From assembly GCF_000008665.1 (NCBI RefSeq), contig NC_000917.1:1200001-1232000 (forward strand): a DNA stretch of 32,000 bases, given 5' to 3'. The translations under genes were made by a program, and so were the position numbers. Below the pieces are notes generated by a model. The model was given only the letters and a program-made list of their open reading frames with translations. It was not told the origin of the DNA and made no database searches. Below are positions 16,816 to 25,539 of the stretch, piece after piece. Numbering within the stretch: the stretch's first letter is position 1; every line of letters starts with the position of its first letter. The stretch comes from Archaeoglobus fulgidus DSM 4304 (GTDB lineage Archaea; Halobacteriota; Archaeoglobi; Archaeoglobales; Archaeoglobaceae).

Positions 16816-17974
16816 AATCGGAATTGCGGGGAAACCAAACGCCGGAAAGTCAACGTTCTTCAAAGCTGCTACCCTTGCTGATGCAGAGATAGCCAACTAC
16901 CCCTTCACCACCATAAAGCCCAACGTTGGTATTGGACATGTGAGGGTTAAGTGCGTCTGTCAGGAGCTGGGGGTAAAGTGCAATGAGTGCGTTGATGGCT
17001 GGAGGTTTATTCCCGTCAAGCTGATTGACGTTGCAGGGCTTGTGCCCGACGCCCACAAAGGCAGAGGGTTGGGCAACGAGTTTCTCGACAACCTCAGGCA
17101 GAGCGAGGCAGTCATCCACGTGGTTGACGCTTCCGGGTCAACAGACGAGGAAGGGAACGAGATTGGCGTTGGAGAGAGAAATCCCGTCGAGGACGTGAAG
17201 TTTCTCTACCGCGAGATAGATATGTGGCTTTTCGGCATACTCAAGAGGAACTGGGACAAGATTATCAGGAGGATGAAGGCGGAGAAGAGGGATGCTGCAA
17301 AGTTCCTGACGGAGCAGCTTGCCGGGCTTGGTTTTGAGGAGTGGATGGTCAGAGAGGCGATGAGGAGTTTTGGTGATGTATCAACGCTCAGCGACGAACA
17401 GCTGAGAGACTTTGCCGTTGAACTAAGAAAAAGGAGGATGCAGATGGTTATTGCTGCCAATAAAGCTGACAAAGCTCCAAAGAACTTGCTCGAAGAGTTG
17501 ATGAAGCTCGATGAGATCGTTGTCCCAACCTCTGCAGCCTACGAGCTTATTTTAAGGACTGCAGCAAAGAACGGCTACATAAAGTATCTGCCCGGCGATT
17601 CGGACTTTGAAATAGTAAAGGAGCTGAATGAAAAGCAGATGAAAGCCCTTGAGAAAATAAGGGAGTTCCTTAGAGAGTTTGGCAGTACGGGCGTGCAGGA
17701 GGCTATAAACAGAGTTGTCTTCGACCTCCTAGACTACATTGTTGTTTATCCCGTTGAGGATGAGAACAAGTTCACCGACTCCAAGGGAAACGTCCTGCCT
17801 GATGCGATGCTGGTTAAAAGGGGCACGACGGCCAAGGAGCTTGCCTTCAAAATCCACACAGACATTGGAAAGCACTTTATCTACGCCCTCGACGCAAGAA
17901 CCAAGATGAGGGTTGCTGATGACTACGAGTTGAAGAACAACGATGTAATAAAGATTGTTTCCGGAGCTAAGTGA
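16808..17974 (+). CDS. ychF: YchF/OBG-family GTPase/ATPase with C-terminal TGS domain (GTG start)
   Basis: IGIAGKPNAGKSTFFKAAT, NYPFTTIKPNVG, LIDVAGLVPDAHKGRGLGNEFLDNLRQSEAVIHVVD, and C-terminal TAKELAFKIHTDIGKHFIYALDARTKMRVADDYELKNNDVIKIVS (TGS). Confidence 0.93.
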   Translation: MIEIGIAGKPNAGKSTFFKAATLADAEIANYPFTTIKPNVGIGHVRVKCVCQELGVKCNECVDGWRFIPVKLIDVAGLVPDAHKGRGLGNEFLDNLRQSEAVIHVVDASGSTDEEGNEIGVGERNPVEDVKFLYREIDMWLFGILKRNWDKIIRRMKAEKRDAAKFLTEQLAGLGFEEWMVREAMRSFGDVSTLSDEQLRDFAVELRKRRMQMVIAANKADKAPKNLLEELMKLDEIVVPTSAAYELILRTAAKNGYIKYLPGDSDFEIVKELNEKQMKALEKIREFLREFGSTGVQEAINRVVFDLLDYIVVYPVEDENKFTDSKGNVLPDAMLVKRGTTAKELAFKIHTDIGKHFIYALDARTKMRVADDYELKNNDVIKIVSGAK

Positions 17975-18053
17975 TAATTGTAATGATGGATTTCATGATA
18001 ATGGAGATATATATTAAGAAAAATTTAAATACTTTCAGAACTGTAATTACCTT

Positions 18054-18215
18054 ATGGAGTGCAGGTTGTGCAGATTCTGGTTGAGAGACCATTCCTTTCC
18101 AAATCATTCAGGGTACTGCTCACTGAAGGGCTCGGTTACAGCCGCGTCATTTTCGTGTGAGCTGTTCAGAAAGAAAGACGAGGAGGCTATAGCTATACAG
18201 GTGATTTCTTACTAA
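18054..18215 (+). CDS. Unlisted 53-aa Cys-rich small protein, probable metal-binding
   Basis: My translation: MECRLCRFWLRDHSFPNHSGYCSLKGSVTAASFSCELFRKKDEEAIAIQVISY. CxxC-x15-C-x12-C pattern. TATA-like TTTAAATA (18024-18031) is centred about 26 nt upstream of the ATG, fitting a leaderless transcript. Confidence 0.6.
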   Translation: MECRLCRFWLRDHSFPNHSGYCSLKGSVTAASFSCELFRKKDEEAIAIQVISY

Positions 18216-18270
18216 TTTTCGAAACCCTTCAAACCAATTTACGGGTTTTTTGGCATCAATTCGCGTAGAC

Positions 18271-19305
18271 CTAACAAACCCTCGGAATGGGGTCTGAGAT
18301 TGGCTGGGGTACAACTCTCGTTGTTCCCACAGCCGTCTCTAAAACAACCTCCGCGAATTCCTTGGTTGCGTAGCCAATTATCTCAGCCTCCTTCTGCCCT
18401 GCCTTGTGTAAAGCCTTTAACACTTCATCAGCCATCTCGGGGTGGACTCCAAAGACAACCTTCCCCTCGTTGGCCATTGTCAGGGGGTCGAGGCCGAGAA
18501 GCTCGCAGAGCCCCCTGACCTCATCCTTCAGCGGAATCCTTTCCTCAAAAATCTTTATCCCCACTCCGCTCTTCTCTGCCATCTCGTTGAGCGCTGCAGC
18601 AATTCCCCCTCTCGTGGGGTCCTTCATCGCCGTAACTCCTCCTCTCCTCAGCGCTTCCCTGACGAAGAGCCACACGGGGTAAACGTCTGACTTGAACTCA
18701 ACCTCAAAGCCCATCCTCTCTGCCATTATAACCGCAGCGTGCTCCGCAATGCTCCCGCTGACTATTATCGCATCCCCCTCTTTCAGACCTTTATCCCTTA
18801 CCCACCTGTAGGGGTAATCTCTCAGCTCCCTCAGGACTTCCAGATTTCTCTCAAGCTCCTCGCTCCTCCTTCCTATCCCGGCAGTGTTGACGATTATGCC
18901 AACGTTCGACTCCACAACCTTCGTATCGCCGGTTATTATGCTCAAGTTCACAAGCTCCACAGAATCTCTGATATCATCCATAATCCTCCTGAAATCGCCG
19001 AGAGGGAAGCCATCCTGAATTACGAGTGCGAGAGACATGAATTCGGGCTTTGCGCCCATCACAGCCAGATCATTGCTCGTGCCGCAGACAGAAAGGCTCC
19101 CTATGCTCCCGCCCCTGAAAATCGGTGGGGAGACAACATAGGAGTCTGTTGTAAAAGCAAAATCGTCGCAAAAGTCCGAAGAGTCTTCCATATCCTCCAA
19201 GGCTATCTCTCCTGCTCTGGAAGCAATTTTTGGAAAAACGTGCTTTTTGAGGAGCTCTACCATGTACTTTCCTCCAGCTCCATCCTCCTTCCTGATTACC
19301 GACAT
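18271..19305 (-). CDS. hypE: Hydrogenase maturation protein HypE
   Basis: AIR synthase-like fold, DDFAFTTDSYVVSPPIFRGGSIGSLSVCGTSNDLAVMGA, and C-terminal PRVC (carbamoyl acceptor Cys). Confidence 0.96.
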   Translation of the reverse strand: MSVIRKEDGAGGKYMVELLKKHVFPKIASRAGEIALEDMEDSSDFCDDFAFTTDSYVVSPPIFRGGSIGSLSVCGTSNDLAVMGAKPEFMSLALVIQDGFPLGDFRRIMDDIRDSVELVNLSIITGDTKVVESNVGIIVNTAGIGRRSEELERNLEVLRELRDYPYRWVRDKGLKEGDAIIVSGSIAEHAAVIMAERMGFEVEFKSDVYPVWLFVREALRRGGVTAMKDPTRGGIAAALNEMAEKSGVGIKIFEERIPLKDEVRGLCELLGLDPLTMANEGKVVFGVHPEMADEVLKALHKAGQKEAEIIGYATKEFAEVVLETAVGTTRVVPQPISDPIPRVC

Positions 19306-19306
19306 T

Positions 19307-21529
19307 TTACCCCTCCAGAGCTTTCAAGGCGTAAATCTGCCCAAGACTTATTCCATTATCACCAAGAGGATAAAGGGAGGGCACAACAATCTCTCCGCAA
19401 ACCCTCTCCACCTCCCTCAGGAAATACCTGTTGTAGCCCACTCCCCCTGAAATTAGAATCTTGCAGTTCCTTGCAGCATCAAGCGCAATCTCTCCCAGAC
19501 CCCGTGCAACGTAGGCAATGGCCTCGTAGGCTATTTTTCCTCTCCCCTCACCTTCCAGATACCTCTCCATGCAGCGTGTAAAAAAGTCCCTCAGCATCAA
19601 AACCTTAATCTCCCCCTGCCTCCCCTCTGTATCAAAAGGCGAGTTGTAGACGCATGTTTCCCTTCTTCTCTCAATTTCCGGCTTAACTTCCACTTCGTGG
19701 GGCTCTGCAGCAGCCTCAAGCTTCATCGCAGGTTCACCCTCGTAGGTTCTTTCAAGGCAAACTTCAAGCATTGCAGACACCGCATCAAGGAATCTACCCA
19801 CTGAGGTGGTCTTAACGGCCAGTGGAAGGGCCTTAATCAGCCTTTCCACGTCTTCATATTTGCAGTAGTGCTCAAGCAGCTCATGGCGCTTTAGCAGAGA
19901 AACAGCGATTCTCAGAGGTCTGTATGTTGCTGCGTCACCACCAATGAGCCCAAAGGTTTCAAGCCTGCCCCTTCTTTCGAATCTTCCCTTTTCAAGGTCG
20001 ATAAGGAGAACCTCACCACCCCAAACCTTTCCGTCCATTCCGTATCCAACCCCATCAACCGTTATCGCCACCGCCCTCTCAAGTCCTTTCTCCGCCATCA
20101 CACTCAGAGCATGGGCGAAGTGGTGCTGAACCTTAATATGCCTGCATGAAAGCTCCTTCGAGAGCTTTTCGGCAAAATTTGTTGTGTTGAAGAGAGGATG
20201 CATGTCGGAAATAATGTAATCAATTTTTTCAAGGTTCATGTATCTGGCAAAGAATTTCACCGCCCTCTTAAAAAACTCATTGTAGGTTCTGAAGTTTGCG
20301 GTGTTTCCGATGTACTGCGAAACGACCGCCTTACCTTCCTTGAGAAGGGCTATGGAATTGTAAAGCTCCGCTCCGACAGCAATTGCATTAAAGCCAATGT
20401 CAATTTTTATTGGCTGGGGAACAAAGCCCCTCGACCTCCTAATCAATAGCCTTCTCCCACCCACATACTTTACAACGGAATCATCCACCCTGTTGGCAAT
20501 TTCGAGGTTGTGAACGAGAAAGCCATCAAGCTCCATTTTTTCCATGATGCTCTCATCGATATACATAGGCTCTCCCGGGAGGTTGGCAGAGGTCATCACC
20601 AGATAATCCGCCTTCAGCTCTTGGAAAAGAAGGTGGTGGAGGGGAGTGTAGGGGAGCATAATGCCAATGGTATCGAGCTCTGGAGCTACTGCCTCGAAGG
20701 GGAGCTTTTTTCTCACAACAACAATTGGCCTCGCCGGGCTGAGCAGCTCGGCCCTCTCCTCATTGCTTAGCTCCGCAACCCTCTCAGCACTACTCAAGTC
20801 TCTCACCATCACAGCAAAGGGCTGCTGTGGGCGGTTCAGCAGCTTTCTAAGCCTTAAAACCACATCATCTTCAGTAAGGCAGGCTATGTGGTAGCCCCCA
20901 ATCCCCTTAATCGCTATAATCTTCCCCGAATCGAGAGCGTTTGCCGCATCGCCAATACCACCCTCTCCGCCTTTCCAGACAAATCTGTACTGCGGGCCGC
21001 ACCGAGGGCATGCAATTGTTTGGGCGAAATACCTTCTGTCCTTAATATCCCCATATTCCTTCCTGCAGTCAGGACAGAGGGGGAAATCGGCAAGACTTGT
21101 GTTCTCCCTGTCGAAGGGGAGAGATTTGCTTATCGTGAACCTCGGCCCGCAATCGGTGCAGGAGGTGAAAGGATAAAGGTACCTTCTGTTTTTCGAGTCA
21201 AGCACCTCTTCAAGGCATTTATCGCAAACGGCAACGTCAGGGGGAGGGAGTGAGAGCAGGCTTTTACCGCCGCTCTCCACGATTCTGAAGGTTTCGGGAA
21301 TCTCTCCATTCGTTTTGGCGACGCTGAAATCCTCTATAACCACCAGCGGTGGCCTCTCTTTTAGCAGAATATTCAAAAATTCCTCAGGATTCCTGTCAAC
21401 CACAATCTCCACCGAACCATCTCCGGTGTTCCTGACGTAGCCTCTCAAGCCCATTCTGCTGGCGATTCTGTGCACAAAGGGTCTGAAGCCCACTCCCTGA
21501 ACAACTCCCCTGACCGTAATCTTGAACAT
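19307..21529 (-). CDS. hypF: Carbamoyltransferase HypF
   Basis: N-terminal acylphosphatase domain (VRGVVQGVGFRPFVHRIA), zinc-finger pairs (CDKCLEEV...CTDCGPRFT...CPDCRKEY...CPRCGPQ), and HHFAHALSVMAE/VTVDGVGYG kinase-like domain. Confidence 0.96.
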   Translation of the reverse strand: MFKITVRGVVQGVGFRPFVHRIASRMGLRGYVRNTGDGSVEIVVDRNPEEFLNILLKERPPLVVIEDFSVAKTNGEIPETFRIVESGGKSLLSLPPPDVAVCDKCLEEVLDSKNRRYLYPFTSCTDCGPRFTISKSLPFDRENTSLADFPLCPDCRKEYGDIKDRRYFAQTIACPRCGPQYRFVWKGGEGGIGDAANALDSGKIIAIKGIGGYHIACLTEDDVVLRLRKLLNRPQQPFAVMVRDLSSAERVAELSNEERAELLSPARPIVVVRKKLPFEAVAPELDTIGIMLPYTPLHHLLFQELKADYLVMTSANLPGEPMYIDESIMEKMELDGFLVHNLEIANRVDDSVVKYVGGRRLLIRRSRGFVPQPIKIDIGFNAIAVGAELYNSIALLKEGKAVVSQYIGNTANFRTYNEFFKRAVKFFARYMNLEKIDYIISDMHPLFNTTNFAEKLSKELSCRHIKVQHHFAHALSVMAEKGLERAVAITVDGVGYGMDGKVWGGEVLLIDLEKGRFERRGRLETFGLIGGDAATYRPLRIAVSLLKRHELLEHYCKYEDVERLIKALPLAVKTTSVGRFLDAVSAMLEVCLERTYEGEPAMKLEAAAEPHEVEVKPEIERRRETCVYNSPFDTEGRQGEIKVLMLRDFFTRCMERYLEGEGRGKIAYEAIAYVARGLGEIALDAARNCKILISGGVGYNRYFLREVERVCGEIVVPSLYPLGDNGISLGQIYALKALEG

Positions 21530-21579
21530 TCATCATGAGCTTAAGAAAAGCTTTTAAAAATATTGCGAAAACTCCTTTT

Positions 21580-21912
21580 GTGCATGAAATGAGCTTTGCA
21601 GAGGCGATAATCAGAAATGTCCTTAGATTTGCCGAGGAAAAGCAAGCAAAAACCGTCACATCAGTTAGGGTTCGTGTGGGTGAGCTTCTACTCATCAACC
21701 CGGAGCAGCTTCAATTCTGCTTTAGCGTAGCGTCAAAGGGAACGATTGCTGAAGGAGCAAAGCTGGAGATAAGTGTGGAGAGGGCAGACATTAGGTGTCT
21801 GCTCTGCGGAAGGGAGCTGAGCAAAGATGAGATGCTCTGCGAGTGTGGGGGTTTTGCTCAGGTTAAAGGAGGTAAGGACTTCATTCTTGAAAGCGTAGTT
21901 GTGGAGGTGTAG
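21580..21912 (+). CDS. hypA: Hydrogenase nickel incorporation protein HypA (GTG start)
   Basis: (M/V)HEMSFAEAIIRNVLRFAEE, and C-terminal Cys clusters CLLCGRELSKDEMLCECGG. The ORF-track start at 21535 adds a non-homologous leader before the conserved HE motif. Confidence 0.9.
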   Translation: MHEMSFAEAIIRNVLRFAEEKQAKTVTSVRVRVGELLLINPEQLQFCFSVASKGTIAEGAKLEISVERADIRCLLCGRELSKDEMLCECGGFAQVKGGKDFILESVVVEV

Positions 21913-21914
21913 GC

Positions 21915-22580
21915 TTGCACGAGTATGAACTTAATCAGGATTTGCTTGCCGAAAACAAGAGGCTGGCAGAGAAGAACAGAGAAGCGCTCAGAGAGAGCGG
22001 GACTGTGGCTGTGAACATAATGGGGGCAATTGGTTCCGGCAAGACCCTTCTCATTGAGAGAACAATCGAGAGGATCGGCAATGAGGTCAAAATTGGCGCC
22101 ATGCTGGGAGATGTTGTCTCCAAGGCTGACTATGAAAGGGTGAGAAGATTCGGAATTAAGGCAGAGGCGATAAGCACGGGAAAGGAGTGTCACCTCGATG
22201 CGCACATGATTTACCACCGCCTGAAGAAGTTCTCCGATTGTGATTTGCTCCTAATAGAGAACGTCGGCAATTTAATCTGCCCAGTGGACTTTGATCTGGG
22301 AGAGAACTACAGGGTGGTGATGGTCAGCGTAACGGAGGGGGATGACGTGGTTGAAAAGCATCCAGAGATTTTCAGAGTTGCAGATTTGATTGTAATCAAC
22401 AAGGTAGCTCTGGCGGAGGCTGTTGGGGCAGATGTTGAGAAAATGAAGGCGGATGCGAAGCTTATCAACCCGAGAGCTAAAATCATCGAGATGGACCTCA
22501 AAACCGGTAAAGGATTTGAGGAGTGGATTGACTTTTTGAGGGGGATTCTGAATGTGCATAGCGATTCCGGGCAGAATTGA
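21915..22580 (+). CDS. hypB: Hydrogenase nickel incorporation GTPase HypB (TTG start)
   Basis: NIMGAIGSGKTLLIERTIE, CHLDAHMIYHRL, LLLIENVGNLICPVDFDLGE, VINKVALAEAVG. Confidence 0.95.
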   Translation: MHEYELNQDLLAENKRLAEKNREALRESGTVAVNIMGAIGSGKTLLIERTIERIGNEVKIGAMLGDVVSKADYERVRRFGIKAEAISTGKECHLDAHMIYHRLKKFSDCDLLLIENVGNLICPVDFDLGENYRVVMVSVTEGDDVVEKHPEIFRVADLIVINKVALAEAVGADVEKMKADAKLINPRAKIIEMDLKTGKGFEEWIDFLRGILNVHSDSGQN

Positions 22581-22785
22581 GAGAATTGACTACCCCATCG
22601 CCATCGTGGACTTCAAGGGGTTGAAGAAGGAGGTGAGGATAGACCTCCTCGAAAATCCGCAGATTGGAGATTACGTTCTCGTCCACGTCGGGATGGCCAT
22701 TCAGAAGGTCGATGAGGAGGAGGCAAAAAAGACTTGGGAGTTGCTGGAGAGAGTTGCAGATGAAACCGGTAATCAGGCTTTCTGA
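22552..22785 (+). CDS. hypC: Hydrogenase assembly chaperone HypC
   Basis: MCIAIPGRIERIDYPIAIVDFKGLKKEVRIDLLENPQIGDYVLVHVGMAIQKVDEEEA. Confidence 0.96.
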   Translation: MCIAIPGRIERIDYPIAIVDFKGLKKEVRIDLLENPQIGDYVLVHVGMAIQKVDEEEAKKTWELLERVADETGNQAF

Positions 22786-23827
22786 GAAAATAAGGGAGCT
22801 CTCAAAGGAGTTTGAGTCGGTCAAAATAATGCACCTCTGCGGAACTCATGAAGATACCATCACAAAGTACAATCTCCGCTCCCTCCTCCCGGAAAACATC
22901 TCCCTGCTGAGCGGTCCCGGCTGTCCAGTTTGCATAACTCCCGACGAGGACATACAGATGGTAATGCACCTGCTGGAGAAGGAAAACATCACCCTCGCCA
23001 CCTTCGGGGATATGGCGAGAGTCCCCTTTCAGGGGAAGAGCCTATTCACTTTAAGGGCAGAGGGGTATGACATAAGAATCGTTTACAGCATCTTTGACTC
23101 CTTAAAGCTTGCAGAAAGCTCGGATAGGCCAGTTGTTCACTTCGCCATCGGCTTTGAAACGACCATGCCCTCAACAGCTATAGCCCTTCTTGATGAGAAG
23201 GAGAACTTCTACGTCTTCTCAGCCCACCGCTTCTTCATCCCTGCAGTGCATGCGCTCTGCGAAAACACGACCGTTGATGCCTTCATAAACCCCGGACACG
23301 TCTCAACGATAATCGGCGTGAAACCGTACAGGGAGATTCTGAAGAAATACGGAATACCGCAGGTGATTGCAGGATTCGAGCCTGAAGATGTTATGCTTGC
23401 CATCTATCTTCTCCTTGAGGCGATGAGTGATGGCAGAAGGGAGGTTATCAACGAGTACAGCAGAGCGGTAAAGGAGGAGGGAAACGTCAGGGCTTTGGAG
23501 GCCATGGACAGGGTTTTCAGGAAGGAAGACTGGAGCTGGAGGGGGCTTGGAGTGGTGAAGGGGAGTGGTGGAGCATTGGCAAAAAGATTCGAGCAGTTCG
23601 ATGCGAGGAAGGTTTTTGAAGATGCCTTCGCCGATTTTCAGCCTGTGGAAGACAAAAGCAAGAGGTTATGCAGGTGCGGGGACGTGCTGAAGGGCATCGC
23701 CACACCAAAGGACTGCCCGCTGTTCATGAAAGCCTGCAACCCGAGAAACCCCGTTGGAGCGTGCATGGTGAGTGTGGAGGGGACGTGCAACATCTGGGCT
23801 ACCTCCGGCACATCTCGTACGCAATGA
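22760..23827 (+). CDS. hypD: Hydrogenase maturation protein HypD
   Basis: VKIMHLCGTHEDTITKYNLRSLLPENISLLSGPGCPVCITP, and C-terminal CRCGDVLKG...CPLFMKACNPRNPVGACMVSVEGTCNIW. Internal start at 22760 is chosen. Confidence 0.95.
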   Translation: MKPVIRLSEKIRELSKEFESVKIMHLCGTHEDTITKYNLRSLLPENISLLSGPGCPVCITPDEDIQMVMHLLEKENITLATFGDMARVPFQGKSLFTLRAEGYDIRIVYSIFDSLKLAESSDRPVVHFAIGFETTMPSTAIALLDEKENFYVFSAHRFFIPAVHALCENTTVDAFINPGHVSTIIGVKPYREILKKYGIPQVIAGFEPEDVMLAIYLLLEAMSDGRREVINEYSRAVKEEGNVRALEAMDRVFRKEDWSWRGLGVVKGSGGALAKRFEQFDARKVFEDAFADFQPVEDKSKRLCRCGDVLKGIATPKDCPLFMKACNPRNPVGACMVSVEGTCNIWATSGTSRTQ

Positions 23828-24206
23828 CGTCCATCACTACTGACAGGGCCTTTTCCAAAGCCCCATCATCTTTTTCGCCAACCTCCACCGCAACAATCAG
23901 AATTTCGGGCATCTCGGCATACTCAAATCCGAGCATTATGGCCTCCATAACACCAATTGAGTGGGAGGTAAAGACCTTCCTTGCCTTAAGGTCCTCAACA
24001 CTGAGAAGGTGAATTTCTCCAGTTTTTTTGCCAAGCAAAACGTCAACGACTATTGCAAAATCGTATCCCTCCAGCATTTCTGGCAAATCGAGAGGGAAGG
24101 CTGCTAAAGCGTCAAATCCAGCTTTTTTCGCCATCTCTGCAACTTTTACTCCAAAAGAGTCCTCAGGAATGTGTGGATTGCCCACTCCCACAACAACTTT
24201 CCTCAT
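23799..24206 (-). CDS. [NiFe] hydrogenase maturation endopeptidase, 135 aa
   Basis: MRKVVVGVGNPHIPEDSFGVKVAEMAKK...AIVVDVLLG...FTSHSIGVMEAIMLGFEYAEMPEILIVAVEV matches the HycI/HyaD-type protease family. Downstream of the large subunit, 44-nt overlap. Confidence 0.85.
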   Translation of the reverse strand: MRKVVVGVGNPHIPEDSFGVKVAEMAKKAGFDALAAFPLDLPEMLEGYDFAIVVDVLLGKKTGEIHLLSVEDLKARKVFTSHSIGVMEAIMLGFEYAEMPEILIVAVEVGEKDDGALEKALSVVMDVIAYEMCRR

Positions 24207-25539
24207 AGTTTCTGTAAACTTCCTCCAGCTCCCCATCCCTGAAAATCTGGATTTCAATGGGAATGACGCCGTTAACAGCATGAGTGGCGCAGGCCATGCA
24301 GGGGTCAAAGGCCCTTATGGCCACCTCAACCTTCTCCGCCAGATTCCTTGTGTCTGATGCTCTCTCAGCAACCTTCCCCACAACGTGGTTTATCGCCCTC
24401 ACATTGTGAGTTGTAGCCACAATGAGGTTTGAGCCCCTAACGATCCCCTTCTCATCAGTCCAGTAGTGGTGAATGAGCGTTCCTCTTGGAGCCTCGACTA
24501 TCCCAACTCCTTCTCCAGCAACCTTCTGCGGCTCGTTCTGAATCCTACCACCCCTGTAGCTCTGCGATAGTTCAAGCAGCCTCTCAGCGGCGTATATTAT
24601 CTCCACAGCCCTCGCAAAGTGGTTGTAGAGAAGATTGTTGCTAACGCCGTAAGTCTTAACAATTTCAGATGCCTTGGGCGTTAGCTCGGCCGTTTTTAGC
24701 CTTGCCAGTGGCCCAACGACGTAAAGTTTCTCGCCGAGAGGTTTGATTTCGGTCAGCTTGCTGTAGCTCCAGCTGAGGCTTTTTTCAGTGATGATATCAG
24801 CATACTCCTTCCCGCTGAACCTGAGAACTTCCTTTCCCTCCTCATCCTTCACCACCTGCTCACCATCGTAGAGGTTCACTAAGCCTTTCTTCTCCGTCCC
24901 AAGCGTTGCGGCCCTTAGCTCCAAACCATCACCCATGTCCAGCGCAGCTTCAAGCACCTCGACCATCCTGTAACCGAGGTCGAGCAGCTCCCTTGAGTAC
25001 CTCTCTATCAGACCGAGCTCCTCATCTGTCGGAGCTTTCGCCCACCCCCCGGGTAGGGCTGTGACGGGATGGATGTTTCTGCCCCCCAGTATCTGCAGAA
25101 TTCTAACCGCATACCCCCTCTTCCTCAGAAGCTCCCTCCCGAGCTCACCGAGGTTTCTAATTACACCAAAAATGTTCCTCTCTTCGGGAGAGAGAAAATC
25201 AGGAAGGGCAAGGGCGAGCAGAGAGAGCGTGTGGTCTTCTATGAAGTGCGCGCAGAGGAGCATCTCTCTCACAATCTTTGCCGCATCGCTCGCCTCAACA
25301 CCAAAAACCTGATCAGCAGCTTTCAGGGCTGCGGTGAAGTGGATTGCCCTGCATATTCCGCATATTGTCGATACAACTCTCGGCACCTCCTCCATTGGCA
25401 AGCCTGAAAGTATTTTCTCGTATCCCCTGAACTCCGTAGCCTGAAAGAAGGCATTTTCAACCTTTCCGCTGGAATCCAAAAAGATTGTTACCTTAGCATG
25501 CCCCTCAATTCGTGAAACGGGATTTATTTCGATTTTCAT
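24163..25539 (-). CDS. mvhA: F420-nonreducing hydrogenase large subunit (MvhA/VhuA type)
   Basis: NPVSRIEGHAKVTIFL, STICGICRAIHFTAALKAAD, and C-terminal AFDPCMACATHAVNG (Ni-binding motifs). Confidence 0.93.
   Translation of the reverse strand: MKIEINPVSRIEGHAKVTIFLDSSGKVENAFFQATEFRGYEKILSGLPMEEVPRVVSTICGICRAIHFTAALKAADQVFGVEASDAAKIVREMLLCAHFIEDHTLSLLALALPDFLSPEERNIFGVIRNLGELGRELLRKRGYAVRILQILGGRNIHPVTALPGGWAKAPTDEELGLIERYSRELLDLGYRMVEVLEAALDMGDGLELRAATLGTEKKGLVNLYDGEQVVKDEEGKEVLRFSGKEYADIITEKSLSWSYSKLTEIKPLGEKLYVVGPLARLKTAELTPKASEIVKTYGVSNNLLYNHFARAVEIIYAAERLLELSQSYRGGRIQNEPQKVAGEGVGIVEAPRGTLIHHYWTDEKGIVRGSNLIVATTHNVRAINHVVGKVAERASDTRNLAEKVEVAIRAFDPCMACATHAVNGVIPIEIQIFRDGELEEVYRNYEESCCGSGQSTHS

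Noticed and set aside
18739-19581. Plus-strand 280-aa ORF opposite hypE/hypF
   Set aside because: Long, but antisense to two strongly recognised genes and Pro/His/Ser-rich, as expected for a shadow frame.
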